A stretch of 64,000 bases of DNA from Bacillales bacterium UBA2450 (GCA_002342545.1 DDQE01000036.1:1183-65182), one strand, 5' to 3'. Shown: positions 1 through 10,531, counted from the first letter of the stretch. Notes: generated by a model not told the origin, from the letters alone. A program made the numbers and translations.

Positions 1-1
1 G

Positions 2-265
2 AAGATTAAAGTTAATCCAGGAAACGGAGTGGGATATGTCATTCCTCAATTTATTGAGACTGATTTAGATCATGATGTCACTTTTAAATTTAGAGTGAGA
101 AAACCAATTAAAAATGTTTTTGTGAATTTCTCTAGTGGAGAGACTATTTTCCATAAAGTTGTTAAGCCAGTTCTTATTCCTAGTGAAATGGTGATGATTA
201 AAGTTAGTAAAGACAAGCTTGCTAATGTAAAAGGTGAGATAACTGTGTCATTGGAGGAAAGATAA
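2..265 (+). CDS. C-terminal fragment of an FAD/NAD(P)-dependent oxidoreductase, the usual partner of DUF1667 proteins; 5' end lies outside the window
   Basis: The frame is open from the window edge, so the GTG at 29 is probably internal. It ends 1 nt before the DUF1667 gene. The product is inferred from that conserved pairing only. Confidence 0.45.
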   Translation, partial: KIKVNPGNGVGYVIPQFIETDLDHDVTFKFRVRKPIKNVFVNFSSGETIFHKVVKPVLIPSEMVMIKVSKDKLANVKGEITVSLEER

Positions 266-266
266 T

Positions 267-608
267 ATGAAAGAATTTACTTGTATCGTCTGTCCTCGCG
301 GATGTCGATTAACAATTGATGATAAGCTAAATGTTACAGGAAATTCATGCCCAAGAGGGGCAGAGTACGCTAAAAATGAAGTGACCAATCCAAAAAGAAT
401 GATTACTTCATTTGTGAGGGTTAAAAATAGAGAGAACACAGTGGTTTCTGTTAAAACTTCTACTAGCATTCCTAAAGGTATGATTTTTGAAGTGATGGAA
501 GAAATTAATAAAGTAGGAGTTGACGCTCCTACCCATATTGGTGATATCGCCATTAAAAATGTTTTAAATACTGGTGCAGATATCATCATTACAAAAAACA
601 TTGATTAA
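267..608 (+). CDS. DUF1667 domain protein (Cys-rich, CxxCxxGC...CPRG)
   Basis: The N-terminus MKEFTCIVCPRGCRLTI...GNSCPRGAEYA is the typical DUF1667 signature. Confidence 0.7.
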   Translation: MKEFTCIVCPRGCRLTIDDKLNVTGNSCPRGAEYAKNEVTNPKRMITSFVRVKNRENTVVSVKTSTSIPKGMIFEVMEEINKVGVDAPTHIGDIAIKNVLNTGADIIITKNID

Positions 609-680
609 ATGTTTTAAACTTTTTAAAATATAGTTAACTATTAGTTATAGTCAATTTTCTATTTGTAAAAGGAGATTTTA

Positions 681-2369
681 ATGTCGGATCGAATTAAAGT
701 ATTTGCCCTTGCTGGCCTTGACGAAGATGGTAGAGATTGTTATGTCGTTGAGATTAACGATGATATTTTCGTTTTAGACGCAGGTAGTTCGCTTCCAGAT
801 AAAACTCTTCCTGGTGTTGACTATTTGCTACCTAATTTAGATTATCTTATTAATAATAAAAATCGTGTGAGGGGTTATTTTATCACTCACGGTCATGATG
901 AATCTTTTGGAGCACTGAGATATTTTTATAAATACGCTCCTAGTAAAGTATATTGCACTCAAACTACTAAAGTTATTATTGAAGGGCAATTATCAATCAT
1001 TGAAGCAAAAACTCAATTTGATTATGTGATTGTTAAGCCAACCGATGAAGTGATTGTTGCTAATCGTAAAATTAGATTTTTCCAAACATGTCATAACGCT
1101 GCTAACTCCTTTGGAGTTGCTATCTCTACTGATCAAGGAAATATTATCTATACTTCCGACTTTATTATTAACTTTGCTACTAATGAAACTGGTTATAGAT
1201 TTGACCTTGGAATGACTAGTGACCTTGCTAAAGAAGAAACATTACTTTTAATGGCGGAATCTAAAGCCGCTGATAAAAATGGATATTGTTCTCCTAAACA
1301 TCGAATTAATGACTTGGTAGAAAAATATTTTAAATTAGGCAAAAGAATGTTTGTGCTTTGCTATTGGCAAAACATGTATCGCTTAAGAGAAATCTGTAAA
1401 TTAGCTCAAAGATATAACAAGAGAATTTATTGCTATGACCAATATACCGAAACCGTGATGAAATATGTCATGGAGGCTACTGGAACTTCAACATTTGCCA
1501 AAGCTAATTTTGTTTCTAGAGAAGATTTGTTAAGAGTTAAGAGCACTGACTTATTAATTTTAATGGTTGGTCACTCCGATGACTTATTTAAAGAAACTGG
1601 TGCTTTAGCGCACGGCTTAAATTCTGATAAGCGTATCAAAGTTATGCCTGATGACATCTTTATGAATGTTGCAGTTCCTAGACCAATATTTGAAACAGCT
1701 TGTACTAGAAACATGGATGAGATTTATCGCACTGGTTGTCAAGTGGTGTGGCTTAAAGGAAAAGATGTCCATTCAATGCACGCTCAAGAGGATGATTTAA
1801 GATTTATCTTAAATATCTTTAGACCAAAATATTATTTCCCAGTTCGTGGACACTATACCAAAATTATGGAAAACGCTAAATTAGCGGTCTCTTTAGGAAT
1901 TGGCTTAAATCATATGAATGTCTTTGTTTTAGATAATGGGATGCAACTCATTTTTGAACCAGGTAAAAGACCAGTGATTTTGCCAAATGAAGTAACCGGA
2001 ATTGATATTTCTCCAGTTATTGTGGACGGCAAAGGTTTAACTAAAGACGCTACTGAGGTTGTAGAAACTAGACAAAAGCTTGGTGTAGATGGAACGGTGG
2101 TTATTGCCGCAACTGTTTCTATTAAAGATAAGAAAATTATTGCAGGACCGGACTGCCAGATGCGTGGATTTGTTTATGTAAAAGAAGCTGAGCCAATTTT
2201 TAAATCTATTACCCAAATCTTTGTTGAAGAAGTAAATGCGGCTTTAACAAAAGGGACTGATTTAGAAGAAGCAAAAAAGACAATCAAAGATCGCGCTCGA
2301 TGGTTTATTAGAAGAGAAAATGGTCGAGAACCTCTAATTGAACCGATTATCTTAGTTAACGACAAGTAA
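681..2369 (+). CDS. rnj: Ribonuclease J family protein (beta-CASP metallo-beta-lactamase) with degenerate metal-binding motifs
   Basis: 562 aa with RNase J architecture. SD aaggag lies upstream. Motif 2 reads THGHDESFG instead of HGHEDH, and a later motif reads PVRGHY instead of PVHGE. Confidence 0.8.
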   Translation: MSDRIKVFALAGLDEDGRDCYVVEINDDIFVLDAGSSLPDKTLPGVDYLLPNLDYLINNKNRVRGYFITHGHDESFGALRYFYKYAPSKVYCTQTTKVIIEGQLSIIEAKTQFDYVIVKPTDEVIVANRKIRFFQTCHNAANSFGVAISTDQGNIIYTSDFIINFATNETGYRFDLGMTSDLAKEETLLLMAESKAADKNGYCSPKHRINDLVEKYFKLGKRMFVLCYWQNMYRLREICKLAQRYNKRIYCYDQYTETVMKYVMEATGTSTFAKANFVSREDLLRVKSTDLLILMVGHSDDLFKETGALAHGLNSDKRIKVMPDDIFMNVAVPRPIFETACTRNMDEIYRTGCQVVWLKGKDVHSMHAQEDDLRFILNIFRPKYYFPVRGHYTKIMENAKLAVSLGIGLNHMNVFVLDNGMQLIFEPGKRPVILPNEVTGIDISPVIVDGKGLTKDATEVVETRQKLGVDGTVVIAATVSIKDKKIIAGPDCQMRGFVYVKEAEPIFKSITQIFVEEVNAALTKGTDLEEAKKTIKDRARWFIRRENGREPLIEPIILVNDK

Positions 2370-2397
2370 AAAGCACTAATTTAAGTGCTTTTTTTCT
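2369..2397 (+). terminator. Rho-independent terminator after rnj
   Basis: AAGCACT / AGTGCTT stem followed by a T-run. Confidence 0.7.
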
Positions 2398-2432
2398 TTA
2401 ACTTTAATGCGTGCACACATATAATATTACAT

Positions 2433-5009
2433 ATGGGCGAAAAAAAGAAATTCCAAATAAATTCCAAACTAGAAAACATGATCAAAGGTTTGACCCTTTG
2501 TTTGATTTCTATCATTTTGATTTTAAATGTTGGTAAAGTTGCTCGTACTTTCGCTTTTGTTCCTTTATATCTATTTGGAGCATCTTATTATATTTTATTT
2601 GCTTTAGTATTCTTATATGGCTTATTCAGAATTATTTTTAGAAGAAAAATTAAACTAAAGGAAGCGAATATCATTTTCTCTGTTCCTTTATTTTTCTTAT
2701 CGATGTTTTTCTTTTTAAGCGTTTATGACACTCCTTCATTTGATAGTGTTGGGAATGCGATTAATTCTTATCACGCCTCTTTAAATGGATATTACACGCC
2801 AGTGTTTTTTAATCCATTTAATTATTATGGTGGATTTAAACATGGTCTACTTGGTCTATCTTTAGGTGCCGGAATTAATAATAACACTGTAGCGATATTC
2901 TTAGGAATCATGCTATTAGTTGTTTCTTTATTAATCTTCTTTATGCCTTTAATTATCTCATGGATCAAAAATGACAAAAAGAAAGAAAAACCATTAAAAC
3001 TAATTCAGGAAGAGGAAAAAGAAGAAAAAGAAGTTGTGGCTATAAAAGAAGAAGAGCCGGCTCCTTCTTTAATTGCTCCTGAACCAGTTGAAGTTAAAAG
3101 AGGATTTGAAAGCGATCAAAGTCCATTCATTAATCAAAATAGTGGTTTCTCTAAGCCAACAATGTCTTTAGATGATAGTCATATGAGCGTTCACTCTCAA
3201 TCTGATTCTCGTGAATTTACTCCTTTAGTGTTCTCTAGACAAAGAAAAGTTGAAGTTATGAGCGCACCTATTAGTGAGCCTATTTCTACTAAAGTAGAAA
3301 TTGAACCAATTCAAGAAGAAACCTTAGAAGAACAGGTGGAAGTAGAGAACTTAATTGAAACTAGACCAGAAGTCGTTAATGAAGTAATCGAAGAAAAACC
3401 GCAAATTGATGAATCTTTAGTAAGAGCTCAACCAATTTTCTTAAACGAAGTTGAAAAAGAAGTAGCTCCTATAGAAAAGCCTCTTCCAATTATTGAAGAA
3501 CCTAAGAAAAAAGAACCAATTAACTGGGTTCCACCTTCTACTGATTTATTAATGACTTATGAAAATGACGATGCGAACGAATTAAATAATCAAGTCGCCG
3601 CAAATAGAGTAGAGGCCATTAACAATATTTTAGCTAACTTTAGAGTTGGAGCACATTGTACTGGCTATAAGATTGGTCCTAGCGTTACTCGTTATAACAT
3701 TGAATATGAACCAAACGTCACTATGAAATCTGTAGAGAAATTAGTAAGTGATATCTCTATGAGATTAGGTGGAGTAAGAACTAGATTTACTCCAATTGTC
3801 AGTGGAGAATCCTTCTCTGGCTTAGAAGCTCCTAACGCGAAAATCACTACAGTTAGTTTTAAAGAAGTGGTTGAAGCTCTTCCTGATGCCAAAAAACATC
3901 CCTTATCGGTTGGCTTTGGTAAGAATTTATCTGGCACAGTGATTTACGCTGATTTTAATAAATTTCCACATATTTTAGTTGCTGGTACCACTGGAAGTGG
4001 TAAATCTATTTTCATTCACTCGATTATCGCTTCTTTAATTATGAGAGCCTCACCTGATTTACTTAGAATCGTTTTAGTCGATCCAAAGATGGTGGAAATG
4101 TCTAAATATAAAGACATGCCTCATTTATTATGTCCAATTATTACTGAACCAGATAAAGCTAAAGTAATGCTTACTAAATTAGTCGATGAAATGAATCACC
4201 GTTATCAAATCTTTGCGGAAAACGGTATGGTTAGTGAAATTGACCAATATAACGAATGGGCTAGTGAAAACGGAAAAGAATTAATGCCGTTCATCGTTGT
4301 TGTTTTAGATGAATACGCTGATTTAGTGGATCGCTGTAAAGATATTGGTCTACCAGTAGTTTCTATTGCTCAAAAAGCTCGTGCTTGTGGAATTCATTTA
4401 TTAATTTCCACTCAAAGACCATCCACAAATATTATTACTGGTGTTATTAAAGGTAATTTACCAACTCACGTTGCTTTAAGAACTGCAAGCTATACTGACT
4501 CTATGACTATTATCGGAGAAGGTGGAGCAGAGCAGTTATTAGGTAAAGGCGATATGTTAGTGGAATCTCCAGTTGTATCTACTGAAGAAAAAGTAAGATT
4601 ACAAGGCTGCTTTGTACAAAATAAAGAAATACTTCGCGTTGTCGCCTATTTAAAAGAACATTATGAAACTAATTATGATCCTAACTTCTTAGATTTAGTG
4701 GATCATTCTAAAGAAGCAGGTAAACAATTAGTGGCTTCTGGAGAAGTACAAAAAGAGGCTGATGAAGCCGAAGAAATGAAGTATCAATCCGTTAAGGATT
4801 GGGTTTTAACTCAAAAATTTGTCTCGATGAGTAAGATTCAAAGAGAATGTATGGTGGGCTTTAATAGAGCTGGTAAATTCTTTAAACGTTTACAAATGGA
4901 AGGAATTGTTTCTACAGAAGTAGACGGCAACACCAAAGGATGCGCAGTTATTGGTGCCCCTAGCGATGATAATGAATATATTCCTAGTAGTGAGGAACTA
5001 ATTGGTTAA
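2433..5009 (+). CDS. ftsK: DNA translocase FtsK/SpoIIIE
   Basis: N-terminal TM helices, an E/P/V-rich linker, Walker A GTTGSGKS, a VVLDEYADL Walker B-like motif and a C-terminal gamma wHTH. Start moved to ATG 2433 (MGEKKK), which lies 7 nt after TATAAT at 2420-2425. Confidence 0.85.
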   Translation: MGEKKKFQINSKLENMIKGLTLCLISIILILNVGKVARTFAFVPLYLFGASYYILFALVFLYGLFRIIFRRKIKLKEANIIFSVPLFFLSMFFFLSVYDTPSFDSVGNAINSYHASLNGYYTPVFFNPFNYYGGFKHGLLGLSLGAGINNNTVAIFLGIMLLVVSLLIFFMPLIISWIKNDKKKEKPLKLIQEEEKEEKEVVAIKEEEPAPSLIAPEPVEVKRGFESDQSPFINQNSGFSKPTMSLDDSHMSVHSQSDSREFTPLVFSRQRKVEVMSAPISEPISTKVEIEPIQEETLEEQVEVENLIETRPEVVNEVIEEKPQIDESLVRAQPIFLNEVEKEVAPIEKPLPIIEEPKKKEPINWVPPSTDLLMTYENDDANELNNQVAANRVEAINNILANFRVGAHCTGYKIGPSVTRYNIEYEPNVTMKSVEKLVSDISMRLGGVRTRFTPIVSGESFSGLEAPNAKITTVSFKEVVEALPDAKKHPLSVGFGKNLSGTVIYADFNKFPHILVAGTTGSGKSIFIHSIIASLIMRASPDLLRIVLVDPKMVEMSKYKDMPHLLCPIITEPDKAKVMLTKLVDEMNHRYQIFAENGMVSEIDQYNEWASENGKELMPFIVVVLDEYADLVDRCKDIGLPVVSIAQKARACGIHLLISTQRPSTNIITGVIKGNLPTHVALRTASYTDSMTIIGEGGAEQLLGKGDMLVESPVVSTEEKVRLQGCFVQNKEILRVVAYLKEHYETNYDPNFLDLVDHSKEAGKQLVASGEVQKEADEAEEMKYQSVKDWVLTQKFVSMSKIQRECMVGFNRAGKFFKRLQMEGIVSTEVDGNTKGCAVIGAPSDDNEYIPSSEELIG

Positions 5010-5011
5010 TT

Positions 5012-7078
5012 ATGGATTATGGTTTAATAAACGCTGAACTCATTAATAAAAATAGTTTAGCAATCTTATATTATGGAGAATCTAGTGACATTAATGATAT
5101 TAATTTCAAATTAGAAGTTAATGGCACTAGCTATCCTTTAAGAATTAATAGATTTTCTAGAAGTGATAAATTATTTAGAATTGAAGCTAGTAGTGACGTT
5201 GATATTATTTTAGGTAACGTTAATAACGTTAAAACTAATGTTGGTGATGAAATTAGCTTAGATTATCGTAGCTACGTTACTAGTAAAGAATTTGATGAAC
5301 TATATTGTCCAATTGATGAAGAATTTGGAGCATTCTATTTTAAAGAAGAAACAGTCTTTAAATTCTGGAGTCCAATTAGTGATAAAGTGTTCCTAAAATT
5401 AGAAAAAAGCGATAATAACTTTGTTCTTTTACCAATGAAAAGAAAAGAAAAAGGTGTTTATAAATTAACGGTTAAAGGTGACCTATTTAACAAAAAGTAT
5501 AACTATGTTATATATCAAAGTGGCACTAGTAAAGAAATTAGAGATCCATATGGTATAGGAACTTCCTTAAATTCTAAATATTCTGCGGTTATTGATTTAT
5601 CCGCTTTAAATGTCATTGCTAAAGAAAAACCTAAATCTATTATTAATAAAGCTAACGAGGCTATTATTTATGAAATGGATATTAGAGACTTTACCGAAGC
5701 AGACAAGAACAATGAAAGTGCTGGAAAATATCTAGGTGTTTTAAATAAGATTGACTATTTAAAGAATTTAGGAGTCACTCACGTTCAACTTCTTCCAGTT
5801 CATGATTTCTTTGGAGTGGATGATATTGAAGTTGACCATTATAACTGGGGATATAATCCAACTAGCTATTTCTCTTTAGAAGGAAGTTATTCTAATTATC
5901 CAGAAGATCCTTTAGCGAGATTATTAGAATTTAAAAAGTTAGTTGCCGAATTACATAAAAATGATATAAGAGTTATTCTTGATGTGGTTTACAACCACAT
6001 TTACGAATATCAAAATAGTGATTTCCATAAGAATTTACCAAATTATTACTTTAGAAGACTTGGCAAAAAAATCTCTGAAGGTAGTGGATGTGGTAACGAT
6101 ATTGCTAGCGAAAGAAGCATGGTCAGAAAGCATATTTTAGATTCCTTAAAATATTTCACTGAAACATTTGATTTAGATGGATATCGTTTTGATTTACTTG
6201 GCTTAATTGATTTAGAAACTGCTAAAGAGGCTATTAAGGTTGTGAAATCTATTAAACCTGACGCTTTGATGTATGGAGAAGGTTGGGATATGATGACTGG
6301 CTTATCTAAAGATAAGAAGTGTTGTAGCGATAACGCGCATCAAATTCCAGAGATGGGATTCTTTAATGATCAATTCCGTGATGTCATTAAAGGTGGGACC
6401 TTTGATAAATATTCCAAAGGCTTCATCATGAATGAATTTTATAAAGATGATTTAAACAATGTTTTATGTGCTTGCTTATTAAAGAATCGATATGATAATG
6501 CGTCTCAATCTATTAACTATGTTGAGTGTCATGATAATCAAACTTTATTTGATAAAATTTCTTACTTCTCCGATAACGATGAACTTAACCTTCAAAGAGT
6601 TAAATTTGCTAATGCCATGACTTTACTTTCTGTTGGCGTTCCATTTATCCATATGGGCCAAGAAATTGGCTTATCAAAATGTATGCTTGATAATACTTAT
6701 AACGTTCCAAAAGTGAATAATATGGACTGGGATTTAGTGGAATCGCGTCATGAAATGGTCAAATTTATGAAAGAGTTAATTAAAGTCAGAAAAACTCTTC
6801 CGTTATTTAAAGCTAATTCCGCTAGCGAGTTAGAAAATGTTTATATTGATTATTTAGATAATGGGCTAGTAACTATTACCGTTACTGAAGAAAAATTATT
6901 ATTACCTGGCTTTAAAGAAGGCTTAATTATCATCAATCCAAGCGAGGAAGTAAAAACTTTAGAATTAAAAGATTATTATCAAGTATTCTTTGGCTGTAAC
7001 GGCATTGTAGAAGATGAATCCTATGCTAAAAATTTCACTTCTGCAGATTTATCGGTATCTATTTTAGGATTAAAATAA
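5012..7078 (+). CDS. pulA: Type I pullulanase / debranching enzyme (GH13), with no signal peptide
   Basis: GH13 motifs DVVYNH, GYRFDLLG, GEGWD and ECHDN, plus the pullulanase YNWGYNP motif. Confidence 0.8.
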   Translation: MDYGLINAELINKNSLAILYYGESSDINDINFKLEVNGTSYPLRINRFSRSDKLFRIEASSDVDIILGNVNNVKTNVGDEISLDYRSYVTSKEFDELYCPIDEEFGAFYFKEETVFKFWSPISDKVFLKLEKSDNNFVLLPMKRKEKGVYKLTVKGDLFNKKYNYVIYQSGTSKEIRDPYGIGTSLNSKYSAVIDLSALNVIAKEKPKSIINKANEAIIYEMDIRDFTEADKNNESAGKYLGVLNKIDYLKNLGVTHVQLLPVHDFFGVDDIEVDHYNWGYNPTSYFSLEGSYSNYPEDPLARLLEFKKLVAELHKNDIRVILDVVYNHIYEYQNSDFHKNLPNYYFRRLGKKISEGSGCGNDIASERSMVRKHILDSLKYFTETFDLDGYRFDLLGLIDLETAKEAIKVVKSIKPDALMYGEGWDMMTGLSKDKKCCSDNAHQIPEMGFFNDQFRDVIKGGTFDKYSKGFIMNEFYKDDLNNVLCACLLKNRYDNASQSINYVECHDNQTLFDKISYFSDNDELNLQRVKFANAMTLLSVGVPFIHMGQEIGLSKCMLDNTYNVPKVNNMDWDLVESRHEMVKFMKELIKVRKTLPLFKANSASELENVYIDYLDNGLVTITVTEEKLLLPGFKEGLIIINPSEEVKTLELKDYYQVFFGCNGIVEDESYAKNFTSADLSVSILGLK

Positions 7079-7863
7079 TGTGGCATATTTTAAGAGCAGT
7101 TTTATTATCATCAATTAGAATTATCTGTGGATATTTTTCTTGGATGATTTCTTATTCAAGAAAAAACTGCAAAACTCCAATTGAAAAAAGATATAAAAAA
7201 GCTAGAAAACTTATTTTAAAAGTTAATCACAATTTAAAGCTTGATGTTTTAGTAGAAGGAAAAGAAAATATTCCAGAAGAAACATGTTGTTTTTATTCAA
7301 ACCACATGGGAGCGGCAGACCCATTACTCTATTTTGCTGCTTTAGATAAGCCAACTACATTTGTTGCTAAAAAAGAAGTTAAAAACTTACCTTTTGTTGG
7401 TAAAGTCTTTAAAGCGATCAACGGACAATTTTTGGATCGAGCTGATTTAAAACAGTCTTTACGAGTGATGATGAAGGTTCAAGAATCCTTAGCTAAAAAG
7501 GAAATTAACTGGGTTATTTTCCCAGAAGGAAAAAGAACTAAAGACCATATGGAAAATATACTTCCTTTCCATCACGGCACTTTTAGGGCCGCTATGAAGG
7601 CTAAAGTTCCTCTAGTTCCTACTGTGGTATTTGGTAGCTTTAGAATTTTACATACAAAACATAATTTCAAAAGATATCCTACATATATTAAATTTTTAAA
7701 GCCAATTTATCCTAGTGAATATGAAGGAAAATCTACTGAAGAAATCGCAAAAGAAATTCAATCAAGAGTGCAAGCAGAATTAACTTTTGAAACAAGAAAA
7801 ATCGACCACAAGAGAATGGTCGAACTTCATGATAAGTATTATCGATTCAATCGAATCTATTAA
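7078..7863 (+). CDS. plsC: 1-acyl-sn-glycerol-3-phosphate acyltransferase
   Basis: NHMGAAD (HX4D) and FPEGKRT motifs. Confidence 0.8.
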   Translation: MWHILRAVLLSSIRIICGYFSWMISYSRKNCKTPIEKRYKKARKLILKVNHNLKLDVLVEGKENIPEETCCFYSNHMGAADPLLYFAALDKPTTFVAKKEVKNLPFVGKVFKAINGQFLDRADLKQSLRVMMKVQESLAKKEINWVIFPEGKRTKDHMENILPFHHGTFRAAMKAKVPLVPTVVFGSFRILHTKHNFKRYPTYIKFLKPIYPSEYEGKSTEEIAKEIQSRVQAELTFETRKIDHKRMVELHDKYYRFNRIY

Positions 7864-9125
7864 AATTTCTTTCTTAATCCCTTTGGATAATAATTTTTGA
7901 TTACTTGACCGTCAGTTTTAGCAATATCAACTGCGGTCTTTTTATACGTTAATAAAACGTAACCCTTATATGGATTAATTTTATTTAACTGTTCACCATA
8001 TAAATATTTCTTTAATTCTTCTAAAGTAAGTTCGATTATATCGAAACTATCTTTAGCGTAGCTTCTAGCGTAGTGAAGGTCATATTTAAAGATATCTTTT
8101 TTAAATTCGCCAACTTTCACTCCATATCTATAGATATTAAAGCCTTTTATATCTAGTCCGTTATTAACCGCAAATAAATAATCGTTTACTCTTTTAACGT
8201 CTTTATCTCCTTTTACTAATTGAGGGAATTTATTTATATGATTAAATTCGTTAATTTTAGAAGAACCTGGTTTTTTAAATTGGACGATATATTGACCTTC
8301 TCCTGAAAAATGAGACGGCATTAATCTAATTCCGATATCTTTAATATAAAAGCATTTATCTGAAGGTATATTAACTAGTTCAGCGTCGCTATTTTCTAAT
8401 AAATAATGAGCGACATCTTCATCTTCTTCTTTGGAGTAGCTACAAGTGGAATAAGATAATGTGCCTCCTGGTTTAAGCATATAATAGGCAATTAGAATTA
8501 ATTCTTTTTGAATTTCTTGATATTTATAAACTTTGTTTATACTCCAATCATTTATCATGGTGTCACTTTTTCTAAACATTCCGCTACCAGAACAAGGCGC
8601 ATCTAAAACGATCTTATCGAAGGTATTTTCATATTTAAGATAAGTCTTACTTAAATCATTATTAGTGATAATTACATTACCAATTCCTAGTCTTTCTAGA
8701 TTGTTACTAAGTAAGCCACATCTAGAAAAAGATAAATCATTAGAAATAATTAATCCTTTATCATTCATCTTAAAAGATGCTTGAATAGACTTTCCTCCAG
8801 GAGCAGCACACATATCAAGAACTAAATCGTCTTCTTTAAAATCAATTAAAGAAGAAACAACCATCGCACTTGGTTCTTGTAAGTAATAATAGCCAAGCTC
8901 ATGATAAATATGTTTTCCAAGTTCATAGGTTTCTTTATCGTAAATAAAAGCATGCTTCACAATTGGATGGGGCTTTACTAATGGGAATTCTTTTAAAAAT
9001 TCTTCATCACTAATTTTATTAGTGTTTAATAAAACTGCATGTTCACTTTTTTTACTTAAAGAATTAAGCAATAAATCTGCTTCGCTATCTCCAATTGAAT
9101 TAATTAAATGCTCTTTAAAAGTCAT
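7860..9125 (-). CDS. RsmB/RsmF-family rRNA cytosine-C5 methyltransferase (NOL1/NOP2/Sun)
   Basis: DMCAAPGGKS SAM motif and DAPCSGSGMFRK catalytic Cys motif. Start set to ATG 9125 (MTFKEHL), 6 nt downstream of TATAAT on the minus strand. Confidence 0.75.
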   Translation of the reverse strand: MTFKEHLINSIGDSEADLLLNSLSKKSEHAVLLNTNKISDEEFLKEFPLVKPHPIVKHAFIYDKETYELGKHIYHELGYYYLQEPSAMVVSSLIDFKEDDLVLDMCAAPGGKSIQASFKMNDKGLIISNDLSFSRCGLLSNNLERLGIGNVIITNNDLSKTYLKYENTFDKIVLDAPCSGSGMFRKSDTMINDWSINKVYKYQEIQKELILIAYYMLKPGGTLSYSTCSYSKEEDEDVAHYLLENSDAELVNIPSDKCFYIKDIGIRLMPSHFSGEGQYIVQFKKPGSSKINEFNHINKFPQLVKGDKDVKRVNDYLFAVNNGLDIKGFNIYRYGVKVGEFKKDIFKYDLHYARSYAKDSFDIIELTLEELKKYLYGEQLNKINPYKGYVLLTYKKTAVDIAKTDGQVIKNYYPKGLRKKF

Positions 9126-9217
9126 GCTGTTATTATAAAGTAGAGCAATATATATTTCAAAAATAAATGTATATAAATACATTATTTGTGATAACATATT
9201 AACGAGGTATATAACAT

Positions 9218-10531
9218 ATGAGAATGGTAGATTTAATCATTAAAAAAAGAGATGGTCATGAATTAACTGACGAAGAAATTAAGTTCTGGATTGATGGCTA
9301 CGTAAAAGGAGAAATTCCTGATTATCAATCTAGTGCGATGAATATGGCTATTTTCTTTAAAGGAATGACTAAAAGAGAAATTGCCACTTTAACTGACTAT
9401 ATGGAACATAGTGGTGAAGTTATTGATTTAAGTGAAATCGAAGGTATTAAAGTTGATAAACACTCTACAGGTGGAGTTGGTGATAAAACTTCTTTAGTTT
9501 TAGGACCAATGGTTGCCGCAGTAGGTGGAAAAGTCGCTAAAATGTCTGGTCGTGGATTAGGCCATACTGGTGGTACACTTGATAAATTAGAATCTATCCC
9601 AGGATTAATTATTGCTAAAAGCAAAGAACAAATGGTGGAGCAAGTTAATCGTATTGGCTTAGCTATTGTTGGTCAAACCAGCACCTTAGTTCCTGCTGAT
9701 AAAAAGTTATACGCTCTTAGAGATGTTACCGGAACTGTCGAGTCTATCCCATTAATCGCTGCTAGTGTCATGTCTAAAAAACTCGCTAGTGGAACCGATG
9801 TTATCCTTTTAGACGTCACTGTTGGTGAAGGAGCATTCATGAAAAACATGGATCAAGCTAGAGAACTAGCTAAAACCATGGTCGGTATTGGTAAGTCTTT
9901 AAATAGAGACACAGTCGCGGTATTAAGTGATATGAGTGAGCCATTAGGATTTGCCGTAGGCAACTCCTTAGAAGTTAAAGAGGCTATTGATTCTTTACAC
10001 GGTAAAGGACCAAAAGATTTAATGGAATTATGCTATACCTCTGGTAGTATCATGCTTGTTCAAGCAAAAGTCTGTAAGAGCATTGAAGAAGCCCGTAAGA
10101 AACTCCATGAAGTTATTGAAAATGGAGAAGCTTTTGAAAAATTCTGCTTAATGGTAGAAGCTCAAGGTGGAGATGTTAGTTATATTAGACATCCTGAAAA
10201 ATTTGAAATTAGCAAAAATATTGTTGAAATTAGATCTGAAAGAGATGGCTATATCAAAGAAATTAACGCTTTAGAGATTGGAATTAGCGCGATGAAACTC
10301 GGCGCTGGTAGAGAAACTCTTGAAGATGTCATTGATATGTCTGCTGGTATCGTATTAGCGAAAAAAGTTGGCGCTAAAGTTACTAGAGGCGACTTATTAT
10401 GCACTGTTTATACAAATAAAACCCCAGAAGAATATCTTCCAGTTTTAGATGAAATTAGACAAGCATATGCCTATAGCGATAAAGAAGTTAAAGAACTTCC
10501 AGTTATTAGAGAAATTATTAGAGAAGCTTAA
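9218..10531 (+). CDS. pdp: Pyrimidine-nucleoside phosphorylase
   Basis: MRMVDLIIKKRDG N-terminus and the KHSTGGVGDK motif. Confidence 0.9.
   Translation: MRMVDLIIKKRDGHELTDEEIKFWIDGYVKGEIPDYQSSAMNMAIFFKGMTKREIATLTDYMEHSGEVIDLSEIEGIKVDKHSTGGVGDKTSLVLGPMVAAVGGKVAKMSGRGLGHTGGTLDKLESIPGLIIAKSKEQMVEQVNRIGLAIVGQTSTLVPADKKLYALRDVTGTVESIPLIAASVMSKKLASGTDVILLDVTVGEGAFMKNMDQARELAKTMVGIGKSLNRDTVAVLSDMSEPLGFAVGNSLEVKEAIDSLHGKGPKDLMELCYTSGSIMLVQAKVCKSIEEARKKLHEVIENGEAFEKFCLMVEAQGGDVSYIRHPEKFEISKNIVEIRSERDGYIKEINALEIGISAMKLGAGRETLEDVIDMSAGIVLAKKVGAKVTRGDLLCTVYTNKTPEEYLPVLDEIRQAYAYSDKEVKELPVIREIIREA

Noticed and set aside
248-601. 117-aa minus-strand ORF. Similar antisense ORFs occur at 2174-2365, 3692-3937, 9397-9624, 14100-14378, 18331-18558, 26542-27099, 29497-29787, 36659-36955, 40469-40672, 42370-42600, 44612-44806, 46416-46616, 47418-47714, 48698-48889, 49627-49905, 50834-51073, 53484-54008, 55041-55383, 55729-56007, 56853-57071, 57743-57937 and 58892-59074.
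   Set aside because: Each lies entirely antisense to, or out of frame within, a CDS with strong recognisable family motifs. Their translations are low-complexity with no motifs. These are typical shadow ORFs of AT-rich DNA.
2385-2432. Longer N-terminal starts offered by the ORF track. Examples: ftsK 2385, alaS 24734, comEA 29882, hrcA 45667, cdd 52075, recO 53407, glyQS 54221, flavodiiron protein 18089, and the hypothetical gene at 20172.
   Set aside because: In each case the extension runs through a terminator, a promoter -10 box, a CIRCE element or the upstream gene. A downstream ATG with a proper SD, or a -10-adjacent position, gives the family-typical N-terminus.
3000-3560. E/P/V/K-rich low-complexity stretch in ftsK, considered as a separate repeat protein or adhesin domain.
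   Set aside because: FtsK proteins normally carry a long, compositionally biased linker between the membrane and motor domains. There is no discrete tandem DNA repeat.
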